Source: Naegleria gruberi
Taxonomy: Eukaryota
NCBI GenBank assembly: GCA_000004985.1
Contig: GG738888.1
DNA length: 64,000 bases
Strand: one strand, 5' to 3'
The number at the start of each line of letters is the position of its first letter. The first letter of the stretch is position 1. A program made the translations under genes and the position numbers. The notes beneath the pieces are model-generated. The model was given only the letters and a program-made list of their open reading frames with translations, was not told the origin of the DNA and did no database searches. Positions 40,393-53,000 of this stretch are shown here, one piece after another.

Positions 40393-42007
40393 ATGATCAC
40401 ACAACCAAACCATTCCATCACATCAAAGGGCACTGAAAATTTCCTATTCTCTGATGATTCTCTTTTTGAAATTTTATCTTTTCACAATGATTTTACATTT
40501 GTTGTAACCAGTTGTGCATTAGTTTCTAAACAGTGGTTTAATGTCGTTAAATATAATTGTAAACACCTCTCCCTATCACGTAATAGTGATGATCGGGAAA
40601 TGGTTGGTCAATTTTTGGAAAATATTGCAAATCTTGCAGTGAGAATGAATGGAGAAATTGGATTTAATTTACAGGTTTTGGATTCGATGAAAGAATTGAA
40701 AAAACTCAATTTAGAATACAATAATATTGATCCAAATGGAATTAAGTATTTAGGTTCACTGAAACAATTGACTGATCTCAATGTATCTTGCTGTTACATT
40801 GGATTGAATTTGAGTCATTTAATATTATTGAAAGCATTAACTCATCTTAATATAACTAGTAATAATATTCGTGCAGAAGGAGCCAAATACATTGGTGAAA
40901 TGAAGCAATTGACTAAACTTTCTATTGGCTCCAATGATATTGGCCCTGAAGGAGCCAAGTATATTAGTGGTCTTGAACAATTAACTTATCTTAATATCCG
41001 TTCAAATGATATTAAAAAAGATGGAGCAAAGCACATTAGTGAAATGAAACAGTTGACTTACCTTAATGTTGTTGGAAACCATATTTGTGATGGTGGAGCT
41101 AGATTTATAAGTGAAATGAAACAATTATCTAATCTTAGTGTTGGATACAATGATATTGGTGAGGAGGGAGCCAAGTATATCAGTGAATTGATGAATGTAA
41201 GCATACTTGATATTGGTGGCAATTCTATTAATGAGAAGGGAGCCAAGTTTATTGGTGAAATGAAACAATTAACGGATCTTAGAATTTATTGTTGCAACAT
41301 TGGAGTAGAAGGAACACAATACATTTCATCACTGAATCAATTAACTCATCTTTCTATAAGTACAAATAATATTGGGGATGAGGGAGCCAAGTACATTGGT
41401 CAAATGAAACAATTAACAGATCTTAGCATACGTGAAAATAAGATTGGAATTGAAGGAGCAAAATCTATTGGTCAATTGAAAAATTTACTTAACCTTTACA
41501 TTTCTGGCAATGAAATTGGAGATAATGGAGCCCAATTTATTAGTGAAATGAATCAATTGACTATACTTGATATTTCTAGTATTAATATTACACCAATAGG
41601 CATAAAATATATCAGCAACATGGAGTATTTAACTGACCTAAGGATTATTGATAATAATATTGATTCGATGGGTGCAAAATATCAGTCAAATGAAGCAATT
41701 AACAAGTCTTGATGTCTATAACAATACCATTGGTGTTGAAGGAGCTAAATATCTAAGTGAAATGGAACAATTAACTAATCTTGAGATACCAAACAATGAA
41801 ATTGGTGACAAAGGCGTACAATTCTTAAGTAGAATGAAGCAATTAACCAGACTTGACCTAAATGAAAATAAGATAAGCGATGAGGGTGCCATATTTATTC
41901 TGGAAATGAAGAATTTGATAGATCTAAGTGTATATCATAATGAGATCAGTGAGGATTTCACTGAACGTTTAAGAGAAATGAAACAGTTAACTTATCTTGA
42001 TATTTAA
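40393..42007 (+). CDS. F-box-like / leucine-rich-repeat (RNI-type LRR) protein, interrupted by an apparent frameshift near 41681
   Basis: The N-terminus ...LFEILSFHNDFTFVVTSCALVSKQW... is F-box-like. It is followed by about 17 tandem ~24-aa LRRs of the form N-x-I-G-x-E-G-A-K-Y-I-S-x-M-K-Q-L-T-x-L. Track ORFs 40393..41712 and 41648..42007 are the same repeat array in two frames. The switch lies in ggtgcaaaatatcagtcaaatg, where GAKY-ISQMKQLT requires 'tat atc' but only 'tatc' is present. Confidence 0.55.
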
Positions 42008-42134
42008 AATAGGAAAATCATTTTTCTAATAATCCCATTTCTCTTTGTAAACTGAGAAATACGTTTCGTACAAAATATTTGAAACAAGGATTTGGGAACT
42101 TGGCTTTTACTTCAATAATGCACTTTGATTTATT

Positions 42135-44915
42135 TCAAGTAAAAATTTTGGTGAGTGTCTCTGTTAGTATTCTCTTGGTTTCATCCAACAAATTTCCGTC
42201 TATTGGAGTCGAACGAACAGTCAACACTGAAACTGATTCTACCAACTTGTTTGATTTCTCAGTTAGTACAAAGTTAATGACAGGAATCTTGTTAATCTGA
42301 CATGCAGTGGCAACAGCTAATGTGCTTGGTGTTGGCGAACTTCCAACTAGAATAACAGCTGTTGCTTGTTGTTGTTGGATAGACATGTCAAAGTGATACA
42401 TGGTTTCAGCTGCAGAGCTCAGATTTGTTTGAGCTGTATCAAACTCTCTGCTCAACATGAAGTCATTGAACGACTTGAATTTTGTAATCTTGGATAATTC
42501 ATCCGAATCTATTTGGGCAATGGATTGATCGGCAACTCCCAGGCTATATTGAATAGTGAATGGTAACTCTAAACTACTTAACATTTTAAGAATAGTTCTT
42601 CCTTCATTTTGATTACTCAGGAAAACGAAAGCAGTTCTCAGATCATTATTTCGGTAAGAGTTCATTAATCTATTACCTCTCTGAGTTTCCTTTTGAATAA
42701 TAAGAGATCTTGCTTCACTGGTGCCTTGTACTCTTCCAGTTGTATCTCCATTATTACTAATTTGCATATAATCACCTGAATATGAATTTGTTTCTAGTGT
42801 TCGAGAAACTGGCATGACGAAACATCTTATATTGGCGTACTTTCTTGCATTGGAACATAGATGCCAGTCCTCTCCAGTGGCCCATGAGAACATCTTTTCT
42901 CTGAACAATAGTTTAACCCACTCCCTCTCCATGAACCAACTTCCACCGACAACATCCACCTCAATGATCTGTTCTGAACCAGAGACAGGTCCATAAAAAT
43001 AATCCTCAGCTGTTGGAGTTCCTTTCGTTCCAAGAATTCCTCTGTAATTATTGGTATTGATAGTGTGAATGGCTGCCTCTAAAAATCTCTTCTCAGGAAT
43101 GCAATCATCATCAAAAACAGCAATATACTTGGTTGGTGATTGTAGCGCAAGTTGAAATCTTCCAAAATATTTGAGCTGCATTTCTCCCTTATTGATAAAG
43201 AGTGAAATATTATTGGATGTGGCAAGTAACTTGGCCTCTTGTATTTCATTTTCAATCTCCTCTGCTTTAGGCGATGCAAAAAAGACCATCCAAACTACTT
43301 TAGGTTGATGAGTTTGTGAGAGGAGAGCTTGCATCCATCTCTTCACTAGACCTGTTCTCTTATACAAACCAACAACGACAGTGACAGAAAATTCATCAGA
43401 GGTCTTCGTTGCTGGAGTGTATGCGCTAGGTAATGCGAATAATTCTTGCATGGTGAGTGGATCTTTTGGTTTTGATCTTTCCAATAATTCCTTCTTTCTA
43501 CTTTCGAATGGTAAGAAATTTTGAGAGTAAACACTTTCTGCAATTGAATCTTGAATGAATTGAGTGGAACATTCACTAGATTCTGGTAATTTGGAGGTGA
43601 CAAAATCACGAACAATTTTTGAAATTCTCATGCTAGCTTTTCCATCTCCAAATATGTGTTTTGAAAGAATTAGTTTCGAATTTTGTGAATCCTTGATTGC
43701 GTCGGTCATGGCTTTCACAATGTGATGATAATTAACACCTATCTTTTTAATAGTTCCAATGTATATTCCCTCTGGTCTCTCAGTTGTATCTCGCATGAGT
43801 ATAACAGGTTTTCCAATACTTGCTGATTCCTCTTGAATGCCACCAGAGTCAGTAACCACAATGTCAGCTTCACTAATGACATGTGGAAAGATGTCATAGG
43901 CAATTGGATCAACTAGTTGGACATTATCCAAAGAAGATAACACTTCATGTACTACACTCTTAGCATTTGGATTTGGATGAACAGGTAGAATGACCATGAC
44001 GTTCTTACCAAATGTGTTGGAAATTGTTTTGATGGCATTACACATCTCTTTAAAGTGTGGAATGTTCTCTCTTCTGTGCATGGTAACAAGAATTACAGTT
44101 CGATGTGAAGATGTAGTCGCATCAACATGCTTGGTTTTAAAACTTCTGATGTTTTGAAGCAACTCTGGAATTATTTTTGGTGGGAGAGACTTTAAGGAAT
44201 AGAACGAATCAATACCAGTGTTACCAGTGACATGCACATGCTGTGGACAGATGCCTTCTCTAACAAGAGCTGCTTTAGAAAATTCTGTTGGAGCGAACAA
44301 GAGACTGGCAAACGAGTCAATCACTTTACGATTCAACTCCTCTGGGAATGGACTATTGAAATCATAAGATCTCAATCCAGCTTCTACATGTCCAACTGGT
44401 ATCTTTAAATAACTGGCTGCAAGGGCAGCAACAAGAGATGTAGTTGTGTCGCCTTGAACCAACACCATGGAGATTGGCCCTTGCTTTTCAAATTCTAAAC
44501 TAATCTTTTGGAAGGCAAGTGTGAAGAAAGAGGAGATGCTTTGATTGGGAGTCATTAACTTCAAGTCAATGTCCACATGTTGATGAAATACACCAAGAGT
44601 TTGCTTTAAAATCTCACTATGTTGACCAGTACTCAACACAATCACCTCCAATTCAGAGTGATGGTTTGACTTGAGATGTGAAATTAGTGGAGCACATTTG
44701 ATAGCTTCTGGTCTTGTTCCCAAAACTATGACTACTCTTGGCATGTTCTTCTTGTGAGGAATGAGAACACTTTCATGGTTTTCATTGGAATGTGGTCTGA
44801 CCAGAACAACATCTGAATCAATAGCTGACTTGTTAGTTCTCAATAGAAAAAAGAAAACGAAACTAATCACCAATAATGTTGCACACACAATAGCGAGCTT
44901 AAATATCTTACTCAT
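42135..44915 (-). CDS. Type II membrane protein: UDP-GlcNAc 2-epimerase (non-hydrolysing, WecB/MnaA-type) fused to a GT-A (GT64/EXT-C-like) glycosyltransferase domain plus an unknown C-terminal domain
   Basis: 926-aa single exon with an N-terminal signal anchor (LAIVCATLLVISFVFFFLL). Epimerase_2 hallmarks are present: ...VVIVLGTRPEAIKCAPL..., ...STGQH..., ...HVEAGLRSYD..PFPEE.NR..., ...HRREN..., ...DSGGIQEE..IGKPVILMRDTTERPEG... A second domain follows, with ...FSVTVVVGLYKR...KYIAVFDDDCIPEKRFLE...VDVVGGSWFM...ATGEDWHLC... It resembles the GT64 (EXTL2/EXT C-terminal) DxD fold. Confidence 0.75.
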   Translation of the reverse strand: MSKIFKLAIVCATLLVISFVFFFLLRTNKSAIDSDVVLVRPHSNENHESVLIPHKKNMPRVVIVLGTRPEAIKCAPLISHLKSNHHSELEVIVLSTGQHSEILKQTLGVFHQHVDIDLKLMTPNQSISSFFTLAFQKISLEFEKQGPISMVLVQGDTTTSLVAALAASYLKIPVGHVEAGLRSYDFNSPFPEELNRKVIDSFASLLFAPTEFSKAALVREGICPQHVHVTGNTGIDSFYSLKSLPPKIIPELLQNIRSFKTKHVDATTSSHRTVILVTMHRRENIPHFKEMCNAIKTISNTFGKNVMVILPVHPNPNAKSVVHEVLSSLDNVQLVDPIAYDIFPHVISEADIVVTDSGGIQEESASIGKPVILMRDTTERPEGIYIGTIKKIGVNYHHIVKAMTDAIKDSQNSKLILSKHIFGDGKASMRISKIVRDFVTSKLPESSECSTQFIQDSIAESVYSQNFLPFESRKKELLERSKPKDPLTMQELFALPSAYTPATKTSDEFSVTVVVGLYKRTGLVKRWMQALLSQTHQPKVVWMVFFASPKAEEIENEIQEAKLLATSNNISLFINKGEMQLKYFGRFQLALQSPTKYIAVFDDDCIPEKRFLEAAIHTINTNNYRGILGTKGTPTAEDYFYGPVSGSEQIIEVDVVGGSWFMEREWVKLLFREKMFSWATGEDWHLCSNARKYANIRCFVMPVSRTLETNSYSGDYMQISNNGDTTGRVQGTSEARSLIIQKETQRGNRLMNSYRNNDLRTAFVFLSNQNEGRTILKMLSSLELPFTIQYSLGVADQSIAQIDSDELSKITKFKSFNDFMLSREFDTAQTNLSSAAETMYHFDMSIQQQQATAVILVGSSPTPSTLAVATACQINKIPVINFVLTEKSNKLVESVSVLTVRSTPIDGNLLDETKRILTETLTKIFT

Positions 44916-45768
44916 TTTTTTGAAACTTAACTTTCAGTGTTAGTGCATTAACGTTGTGGAGTTTACAAGAACAGGAGTTGGCACAACAATACTCTCTACC
45001 AAGTATTTCTAACAGGTTAAAAAAACAATTGTTTGCACTCCAACGATCATCTTTGGAAGATATTGTTTCAGAAATCACAAATATGGCTACGAATTAACGG
45101 TTATGGCATCCATACTGTACTTCCAATTCCCATTTTATCAAACCACCGAAAAACAAAAGGAATTGAAATCCAACTCTCTGGAAAACTATCATCTTGTACT
45201 GCATTTCATCCTTTGTTCACTATTCCATTCCTTGACGAAATTCAAGCAATTTCTAATTAATGATTGGAAAAAGAGTTCGAGTTAGAGGAAGATTCAACAG
45301 AGTGTTGAATAATTTAGAAACGATGCATTCGTTGAATCATTCTCTTGCTTATTTAGGATTAGCTGTGGACTAGATATTAACCTTTCATTGTTGGTAAGTT
45401 CGTATGTTATGTTACTGGCCACCAAATTGGGAACAGCGAAAGGAAATATGTGTGGGCTTTGCTGTGCCAAACTACTGAATACCCATTCTCAATCAATGAT
45501 GATTAGTAAAGGTTTTTCTTCTCATTGTTGTTGTTACGGATGTGCATTCTAGAACTCTTTAAGGTGATTTCCTATTCGAAAGTTGAACTTTTAAGATCAT
45601 AGAGTGAGAATTCTTGAGAGTTGAATCCTAGATGGAATAGAAACACAATGTCGTTTCAGAATATTGGATAGGTTTGCAGATTTTTCAATCATTTAAGAAA
45701 ATATTCAACAGAGCTCACAAATTATTTATGATTGATACAAAATTTTTGATTCAAAATTGAATATTCAG

Positions 45769-46170
45769 TTATTTACGCTTGTAGAGATCGAATTTCTTGT
45801 TTCTCTTTCCACCTCTTCTATTCTTTCTATTCTTTCTATATTTTCTATTCTTCTTTCCATAAGTATCAAATCTTCTCTTTCTATTGTAATTTCTCTTCTT
45901 CTTTCCATAGACATCAATCTTCTTTCTGATAACTCTCTTCTTTCCATATCTTCTCTTCCAGCCCTTTCTCTTTCCGTAGGTGTCCAAATATTTGTGAACC
46001 TTTCTATTCTGTCTGTTTCTTCTCTTAACTCTGTACTTTCCCTTATTGTTCTTTCTAATGTACAAGGAGAGAGTTGATGCTTGTTCTTCAGCACTTACTT
46101 CACTAGTGAATGAGAGTGCAAACACAAGCAATGTCAAGGCAATCAATAGAATTGAGACGAATCTTTTCAT
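45769..46170 (-). CDS. Small secreted polycationic repeat protein (signal peptide + K/R/Y-rich tandem repeats)
   Basis: 133 aa. It begins with a signal peptide MKRFVSILLIALTLLVFALSFTSEVSA and a short acidic spacer. About 5 tandem repeats of the form D-x-Y-G-K-K-x-R-x-Y-x-x-x-R-R follow, roughly 50% Lys/Arg with regular Tyr. The DNA shows the matching ~50-60-nt direct repeats (ttctattctttctat...). Confidence 0.5.
   Translation of the reverse strand: MKRFVSILLIALTLLVFALSFTSEVSAEEQASTLSLYIRKNNKGKYRVKRRNRQNRKVHKYLDTYGKRKGWKRRYGKKRVIRKKIDVYGKKKRNYNRKRRFDTYGKKNRKYRKNRKNRRGGKRNKKFDLYKRK
45780..45960. repeat. Tandem direct repeats (coding) underlying the K/R/Y repeat protein
   Basis: Visible reiteration of tcttctattctttctattctttctatattttctattcttctttccata-like units. 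The nested antisense ORFs 45757..46077 and 45765..46094 are artifacts of this repeat. Confidence 0.5.
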
Positions 46171-47089
46171 TTTTTTTGTTAATGTTTTAAGATTCTCTTT
46201 TTTGCTTTGTCAATTTATAGTTTTCCTGATATGATTGTGAAAGTATTCTTTTTTAATGTGGTATGAAAGTGGATGAGTAGAATTGAAAGATTTTCCTATC
46301 TGGTGCTATACCTGTTTCGAATAGGATATAAATGGACAATGGAAAATCAAATCTCTTGAACAACAGTAAAGAAGTTCATAATTTTGAGTTGGTTTTCAAC
46401 TGGTGGAATATCTTTATTCTTTAAAATTTCCAATCTTTCTTGCACGATTTCAATAGTTGCAACGCATTTGTCCAAGAACTAATACGAAAGTTGACTGGAT
46501 TCTTCATGTTCTCAAACTGGAATAGGTTATTTTTGAACTCTAACTATTTGATTCTCAAAAAGTAAAACTCTTTCCACAAATATTAAATCTGAAATGAGTA
46601 AAATTTAACATTGTCAACCTCTTCATTATTAAAACCTTACGTGAACATGTTTGTATCGAAGAATTGAAAACTCGAATCGTAAATTATTAATAAAATTAAT
46701 ATAAAAAAAATGATTTGCAAATCGGGATTGGCTTTTTTGCTCTCAAATAATCATGAGGGTGATTTGAATTATTTTGTCAAGAAAGGATGAGAAATTTACA
46801 TGCATGCCTACACATATATATTGTTGCATTATAAGAAATATTATTCAAGCATTAGAAAATTTAATTGATACATCACTCGGATGATGTTGACGAGATTTCG
46901 TTCATACCATAATGATAACTGTTCGAACATGTCCAAATCTATTCAGTCATGACATCTCCTTTCCCTGCACCTAAAGAGAAGTTGGCCACAGTATTGTAAA
47001 ATAATTACATTATCCACAAACAAAAAAATAGAAGCACCTTTCTAATCGACAAACACATCAATTAACTGACTATTCAATATAACATCAGC

Positions 47090-50000
47090 ATGTTAAAGTG
47101 GTGTGTCCTCATAATTATTCTTCTCTCAACCATTTTCACATCACATGCACAATATGTCACACAAACAGTGGCAGGTAATGGAATTTCCCAAAGTTTGGGA
47201 GATGGTTTTCTTGGAACACAAGCGAGTTTAAACAGTCCAAGAGATGTTGCTCTTGACATGTATGGTAACATGTACATAGCTGAAGAGAAGGCACACAAGA
47301 TTAGATTCATAAACAAGACAACAGGTATTATTTCAACATTGGTTGGAAATGGCATTGCTGGAAGTGTTGGAGATGGTGGATTGGCTATTAATGCACAATT
47401 ACATTTACCATTCTCTCTAGCAATTGATTCGACTGGTCAAAATTTGTTCATTTCTGACAGTGGAAACCATGTTATTCGTCACATTAACATGACAACACGT
47501 ATCATTTCAACTGTTGCTGGAACAATGCGTAGTCCTGGATTTGGTGGTGATGGAAATATTGCCACACAAGCACTATTAAACACTCCTAGAGGAATTAGAC
47601 TTGATTGGAAGGGAAACATTTATATTGCAGGTAGTGTAGTTTATTGACAATTTAATACTTACAATAATGCAAGATACTTCAAATTGTGCCATTAGAATGG
47701 TCAATAGAACTAATGGGCTCATTTCAACCATTGCTGGTAAGGGATCAATTTGTGGAACTAAATTATTAGGAAATGGTGGATTAGCAAATAGTACAACACT
47801 TTACAATCCGTTTGGTGTTGCGGTCGACTCATTTTTCAATGTTTATATTGCTGAGAGTTCTGCAAGTGTTATTCGATTTGTTGATAAATCAACAGGTATT
47901 ATTTCAACATATGCAGGTGATGGCTCTCCAGCATATAGCGGGGATGGTGTATTGGCAAGTCAAGCTAAATTGAATTATCCTAATTTTGTAACTATTGACA
48001 ACTTGTCAAATAATCTTTTAATTGCTGACACTGCTAATTTTGTAGTAAGATATGTGAATAGAACAACTAGAATTATATCGACCATTGCAGGATATAATGT
48101 TAATGGAAATAGTGGTGATGGTCTTCCAAGTAAGCAATCATCCTTTTCTTCCTTATTTGGAATAACAACAGACATGGAAGGAAATGTATACATTGTAGAT
48201 GCACCGAATTCTGTTGTTAGAATACTAATCAAAACATGTGATAGCTTATTATTTACCTGTAATAATCATGGTTCATGTCTTTCATCCCAAACTTGTAAAT
48301 GTAATTATGGATGGAGCACAGAAACATGTATCCAACCAACTTGTTTTGGTATTTTAGCAACCACTAATGTGGCATGTAGTGGACATGGAAAATGTTCATA
48401 TGTGGATTTATGTGAATGTGATATGGACTTTTTTGGTAATGAATGTGAATTCTTTAAATGTTATGGAATTAATTATAATAATCAATCTGTGTGCAGTAAT
48501 GGTAGAGGAAACTGTTCTTCACCAAATAATTGTACTTGTCAGAATAATTATTTTGGTAATGAATGTGAATTAACAACTTGTTATGGAATTGAAAGTAATA
48601 ATTCCAAAGTATGTTCTGGAAATGGTAAATGTATAGGAAAGGATGAATGCTCATGTATGAATGGGTATGTTGGCGACTATTGTCAGCATACTGTTTGCTT
48701 TGGTATTTATGGAAACGAAACATGTTCTTCTAGAGGAAGTTGTATAGCACCTGATAATTGTGAGTGTTTGGATGGCTACGGTGGCAGAGATTGTAGACAT
48801 TATGAAGTTTTTATGGATTTTGAAACTGTTTCCATTCATTCATCTCATCATCTGTTAATGAGAAAGTTAACAAGTGACTTATTGGAGTGTGGAGAGATAG
48901 TATCAGAATCGGATATATTAAAATTGGGGGAGAAAGATTCCCTTAAATGTTATTGGAGGGAATTAAGTGGATTTAGAATATATTTAGGCTATAATCATAA
49001 TATAACACATGGTTCAGTTTTAAATATCATGAATAATCTATTGACCATACATGTTAATGCATCTATTTCAGATCAAATTAGAAAAAGTAATGAAAATGGT
49101 GTTGTAATAGGATTTCCACTTGATGTATTTCCAACTAACAAGGATTTATTAATTAGATCTCAACATGATCAACACTATAATAATTTTAAATCAGTTTCCC
49201 AGAATTGGAAATTTTCTACAGTTATTCGTAATACAATTCATCCAATTCAAGAATTACTAGATAGAAACGATAACAAACCGATCGTTATCATTCCATCAAT
49301 TAATATTTCGGATCTTCAATCACTAACCATATCAACATTGACAATCAATGATTTATCAATTCAATCAACAAGTGAAAGAACATTTGCATTTGAGAAATCA
49401 AAGGATATTCCATCACAATTTAATATTTGGAATGAAATTAGTTCACAATCTTATTACCAAGATTGTATAGGACATAATTGTATAGTTGAATCAACATTAA
49501 TTGGAATGAAAACATCACTCACTTATTCTTTTAATGGATTTTTAATTGTAAAAAGTAAAGAATTTCAAAATAGACAAATATTTAGAATTACAAACAAAGT
49601 TGAAAATGATTTATTGAAAGAAAATTACAAAGGAACAATGCAAGTAGTAGGATTGAATTTAAATTCATACTCTTCTTCTTATTATCAAGTTGATTTGACA
49701 TATTCATCATTTGACATGTTGGATATTTATCTTGTTGGAATTAACAAGACATATTCTAGAAATGAGGCTATTGTTTTATCTACTTCTATTATTGATCCCT
49801 TTGTGTTTACCTACTCAGATATTAATAGTTTTAAACAAAGATGGTCATATCAAAATTCAATTACTAAACAATATGATTCAATTTTTGGAAGTCAGCTCTA
49901 TATTGCACCGCTACCTGTTGGATTATATGATATTTCGTTAAACGTAACTACGAAGTCCAATGTTTATACTTTTTATGGTAAAATTGATATTGTAAATTTT

Positions 50001-53000
50001 GAAAATATTCCATCTATTAACATTAAGCACGTTCCAGCAATTTATCCCTTTGGATCGAATATATATATTGAAATGTCTATAAAGAGCGACATTCCAATCA
50101 AGAAAATTCAATGGAAGTTACTAGAGGGAAAATTTGATAGCAAGCAATCACTAACTAACAATTATAATGAAATTCTAGAACAATCATTTAATCCAATCCC
50201 ACATTTTGTAAATACGCAACAATATATGTTAAATATTGAAAAAAAATATTTGATTGAGGGTGAAAGATATCAATTTCAAATAGTGGCATGGAATGAAAAT
50301 GGTCAATATGCTATCTCTAACATTTCAACACGTATTGATATGTCTCCTAGATTTTGGTGTGATATTTATGATCCAATTGGAGAAAATAAGGCATTTACCA
50401 GTACGTTTGTCGTTAATTGTGTGAATACTATTGCGGAGAGTGTATCTAGTTATTGGATTGATGTTTGGGATAATGATACAAGATTGATGATCTTGTCAAA
50501 TACTCAAAAAAGAACTTTTATTACAAAATTACCATTTACCAAATCTGGTTATTTGAATATTGGTATTAAACTTATCAATATGAATGGTTCATTTTCAAGA
50601 ATATTTAGAAAGGTGAAGGTTAATAATCCTATTTCTGATCTTTCACTACAATCTAGAATTAATTTTATTTTTTTAAATTTTAATATTATAATTGAAGAAC
50701 CTATTTCCATAGATACTATCATTAAACTATCTTGTCTTCTTTCTCTAATTGATAAGAATGATGATTTTACAGAATTAAATTCTGTTGATAAGAATATACT
50801 TGTAAAAAGTTTAACATTATTAATAACAAACTTGGATAAAATTCAACAAATTGCATTAAATGTTGATGACAAGCTAATTCAAATCATTCTTCCACTCCTT
50901 TCCAAAGTTACAACAATTATTCAACACATATCATTACAATCTATTAGTGAAACTGTATTATTACAAAATATTAAGTGGATAATAAGTGGTTACAAAAATA
51001 GTTTTCAATATTATTCTCCTTATATTATGAATCATTTATTAGATTTTACTCATGCTCAAGAATTGGAAACATTGTTTAAGACGTTATTGGTTAAAGGAGG
51101 TGGAATGAAGTCAACAGAAATGCTTCCGAATGTTGTTAATATTATACGCAGGTCCTATTTCAGTAGTGGGCTGGGTTTACAAAATCAAACAATTTCTAGA
51201 ATTTTCAATTCATTTGGAGCGAAGGGATTTTATGAAGAAATTGATACTGCATTACATTTATTAAATGGAAAACAATTCAATTTCCATTCTAATCAAGAGG
51301 ATATTCAAATAGATTTCAAAGTTTTAAACGATGTTCAATATAATCTAATTACTCCTTACAAAGTTAATTTGATTTCATATACTACCAAATCATATTTGAA
51401 CGTATCAGATAGTGTATCTTTGGCATTCATGTATGAGACTGGTGAGATAATACCTACTACAAGTTCTAAATATTCCACAGTTCAAATCAAATTCAATAAT
51501 GTGACACTAACTCTCGAAGAGGATAACATTTCATTATTGAAAGTTTTTTGTGTATCATATGATTATAGTAAGGATACTTGGAACACTGATGGAATTGAAA
51601 CGATATTTAATATTACACAAATCATGAATAGAACTATTACATTAAATGTAACTTGTCAATATCTATCATCTGTGGGCTTGACAACAATATCAATTCAAAA
51701 AGGTTTTTCAACCTACAGAAATACAAGTAGTAGTATTATTCCAAATACTCCACAATCAGATAAGATAATAGCGATTGTAGTGCCTATTTCAATATTGTTA
51801 CTCATTTCCATTTTAGTAATTCTAATATGTATAGGAATTTACTATTACAGAAGTAGATATTGGAGCAAAAGATTGAAAAATGAAAAAGAAATGGAACAAA
51901 AACTCTTAGAAATTGAATTGGAATTGAATGATAAAAACCCTCAACCCATATCCTATCTAATTCCCATTGAAGAATTGGAGTTGATAAAAAAGATTGGAGA
52001 AGGAGGGTTTGGCCAAGTTTACCTTGCAAAATGGAAACATGTTCAAGTTGCAGTGAAATGTGTCAGTAATTATGAAGATGAAGAACAAATAGAACAATTC
52101 AACGGAGATGATATGGAAGATGCATTTGAAAAGGAAGTTTTATTGTTAAATAGTTTAAAACATCCAAATGTTATTCACTTTTTTGGAGTTTGTCTTACTC
52201 AAACTAAAAAGTTAATGATTATGGAATATTTGGAAGGTGGGTCATTGGATAGAATTGTTTCAGAACTTCGTTTAAAAAGAAGGAAAATGTTATTGAGAGA
52301 AAAGATTAGAATATTGTTTGGTGTTTCGAATGGAATGAGTTATTTACACAATTTGAAACCTTCATCTATTATTCATAGAGATCTCAAGACGGCAAATATT
52401 CTACTTGATAATTACATGCAACCAAAAGTGTGTGATTTTGGATTATCAAAATTGATTGGAAATAATAATTCAACAACAATGACTACTAATTTAGGAAGTA
52501 TTTTTTATATGGCAGTAAGTGTTACTATATTACTATTTGCTAATTATGGATAGCCTGTAAGTTTTTTGTCGATATGGATGCGATTTAAATATTAAGGAAT
52601 TAATTGGAGATGGCTATCAAAATATTACAAACAAACTTGATGTGTACAGTTTTGGAATTATCATGTATGAACTCTTCTTTGAGGAAAATCCATTCCTTAA
52701 TCAAAATTCAAAGAAAATTCATCGGTTCTCCTCCAATTCATCATCTTCATCAAGCTCGTCAGAACAATCAATGGAATTGAATAGTTTTAGCGTACCTGTT
52801 CGAGTATTGAATGGAGTTAGACCTAAAATACCCTTCTCTAATATGATTGAACAAAGACAGTGGATATCAGAGTTTATGAGTGACGATTATGACCATGAAA
52901 AGAAGAGTGATATGAAAACAATCAATGATTTGTGTAAACTTGTGGATGATTATATCATGTTGATGAAAATGTGTTGGGATGTTGATCCTGAAAAAAGACC

